This document shows, one piece after another, positions 62,626-63,839 of a stretch of DNA of 63,839 nucleotides. Source of the stretch: Balamuthia mandrillaris (lineage: Eukaryota). The translations under genes and the position numbers were made by a program. The notes under the pieces were generated by a model. That model had not been told where the DNA came from. It saw only the letters and a program-made list of their open reading frames with translations, and made no database searches. The DNA lies in contig JAVKOQ020000084.1 of assembly GCA_031835245.2 (NCBI GenBank), positions 124,001-187,839 on the forward strand, written 5' to 3'. Position 1 is the stretch's first letter, and every line of letters begins with the position of its first letter.

Positions 62626-62906
62626 TGGCCCTTCCCAGAGTCGAACTGGGACCTCCCATAACAAGCCGCACCCCAACTCTTCTGCACTTGTTTGCTTCGC
62701 TCTCCCGTTTTCACGAAGGAAGAAGCAAGCAATTTGCAAAGAAAGGTCAGCCTTTTGGATCACTACTGTGCGAAACGTGCACGCCCAAACGGGTTGGGCG
62801 CGCGCACCTCCGGGCAACATACGAGTCCAACAATGAGATGAGAGACATATATGATTTGCTCTCATCGATCCAAACGGGTGTGATGCCACGCTTACACCAA
62901 AGGGCC
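62626..62906 (-). ncRNA. Candidate Pol III structured RNA A (281 nt) with tRNA-like 5' and 3' ends
   Basis: 5' GGCCCTT pairs with 3' AAGGGCC-A. D-arm/A-box-like TGGTGTAAGCGTGGCATCAC, T-arm CCCAG-TTCGACT-CTGGG, ~210 nt structured insert, downstream T5 and T11 runs. Confidence 0.65.
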
Positions 62907-63005
62907 TTATAATTAATTTGTAATGTTTGGCGTCCCCCTCCCTTTTGAACAACCGCTTTCCCACCTGCAAAACGAATTATGGGTCTTTCTGTCCTTTTCC
63001 GACGG

Positions 63006-63140
63006 TCTTGTTCTTCTTCGTGTTCTTCTTCTTGTTCTTCTTCTTCTTCTTGTTCTTGTTCTTCTTGTTCTTCTTGTTCTTCTTGTTCTTCTTCTTCTTC
63101 TTCTTCTTGTTCTTCTGCTTCTTGTTCTTCTTCTTCTTCT
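63006..63140. repeat. (TTC/TTG)n microsatellite between the two candidate RNAs
   Basis: Directly visible. Confidence 0.9.
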
Positions 63141-63165
63141 CATCTAATAAAAAAAAGCATTGGTT

Positions 63166-63392
63166 TGGCCCTTCCCAGAGTCGAACTGGGACCTCCCCCC
63201 AAGCCACCACGCCGTTTGCTGGCCCTCTCCTCCTTTGTTCGGGGCGTGTGTGCCGCCGCAACCAAAGAAAGATACTGCCATGCGTGGCGACTCGTTCGAG
63301 TTTGTTTCCCCTCTTCCCCTTCCAGCCCAAGGAAGCTGAAGCGAGGGAGGGCGAGCAAACCCGAAAGAATGGTGCAACCACTTAAGGGGGCC
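63166..63392 (-). ncRNA. Candidate Pol III structured RNA B (227 nt), paralog of A
   Basis: Terminal 32 nt identical to RNA A, 5' GGCCC, long helices, shared CTTTCTTTG and AGCAAAC motifs, downstream T8 run. Confidence 0.6.
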
Positions 63393-63408
63393 TGCTCGGG
63401 AACAAAAA

Positions 63409-63828
63409 ATGAGGCAAACAAGCACCCAGCGTGTTCGTGAGTGGCGAGCAAAAAAGAAAAGAGAACAAGAGGAAAAGCAGCGTCAAAAAGAAGCGCAAGA
63501 TAAACTTCAAAGAAGGCGAGAGCACAACAAGCTGCATCAAAACGACGTCGCCGAGCAGCTTCTTCTGAAGCAAGTTTATGCAACTGCAACCACCCGTGTT
63601 TGAAGAACTTGGATTGGAGGTAACGACCAGTGTCCAGCAACATTTGGACAACTTGGATGAACAGGAGAAGCGAAATCGAAAAAGAAAGCAAAGTTGCCCT
63701 TGAAGGCCTTACTTTGCTTCCTGTTCCGATTTCGCTTAAGGCGTGACGGAGGCGACCTTAGTGTCTTTGACAAGGGAAAAAATTGCTACAAAGGGGTGTT
63801 GTCTGTTCTACCCACTTTAAACAAATGA
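63409..63828 (+). mobile_element. Possible degenerate Harbinger/IS5-like transposase N-terminal relic
   Basis: Frameshifted pieces VFEELGLEV, RKRK/AKLPLKALLCFLFRFRL and GVTEATLVSL resemble the HTH preceding DDE_Tnp_4 domains; stops and frameshifts present. Confidence 0.3.
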
Positions 63829-63839
63829 GAAGCAGTGAA

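Noticed and set aside
62660..62815. Resemblance of GCCCGGA and GGGGTGCGGCTT to tRNA-Sec segments
   Set aside because: No TCA anticodon, wrong spacing and no 9/4 cloverleaf; treated as coincidence.
62626..63197. CRISPR array interpretation of the repeated 32-mer
   Set aside because: Only two copies 540 bp apart, tRNA-like sequence, eukaryotic context, no cas genes.
62626..63392. SRP, RNase P/MRP or tmRNA identity for the candidate RNAs
   Set aside because: No SRP helix-8 motif, no convincing CR-I/CR-V pair and no G3:U70 alanine identity pair seen by eye; cmscan is still needed.

Overview
Gene-dense eukaryotic (protist) nuclear DNA with short GT-AG introns filled with (TC)n/(TTC)n microsatellites. 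The style suggests a free-living amoeba such as Balamuthia; this is inference only. About 27 intron-containing or single-exon protein genes can be read: YqgE/AlgH-like protein, two near-identical inverted M12B-type metalloproteases, selenoprotein S, a five-thioredoxin PDI, LRR proteins, an HSL-type lipase, an Oca/Siw14 phosphatase, an ABCB-type half transporter, a HAD protein, kynurenine aminotransferase, NRBF2/Atg38-like protein, HP1, M1 aminopeptidase, amino-acid permease, DnaJ, F-box protein, 5'-nucleotidase, DPP-IV, RPLP1, CBS protein, UQCR11/QCR10, ankyrin protein and PEBP. Highlights not visible in the ORF track: (1) two tandem, structured 227-281 nt Pol III-type RNA candidates with an identical tRNA-like 3' end (62626-63392); (2) a UGA-recoded selenoprotein with a well-formed SECIS element; (3) an inverted duplication spanning about 40 kb with very uneven divergence; (4) pseudogene and transposon relics, and recurrent promoter motifs. 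Exon structures were derived by eye, and CDS coordinates are gene spans that include introns.
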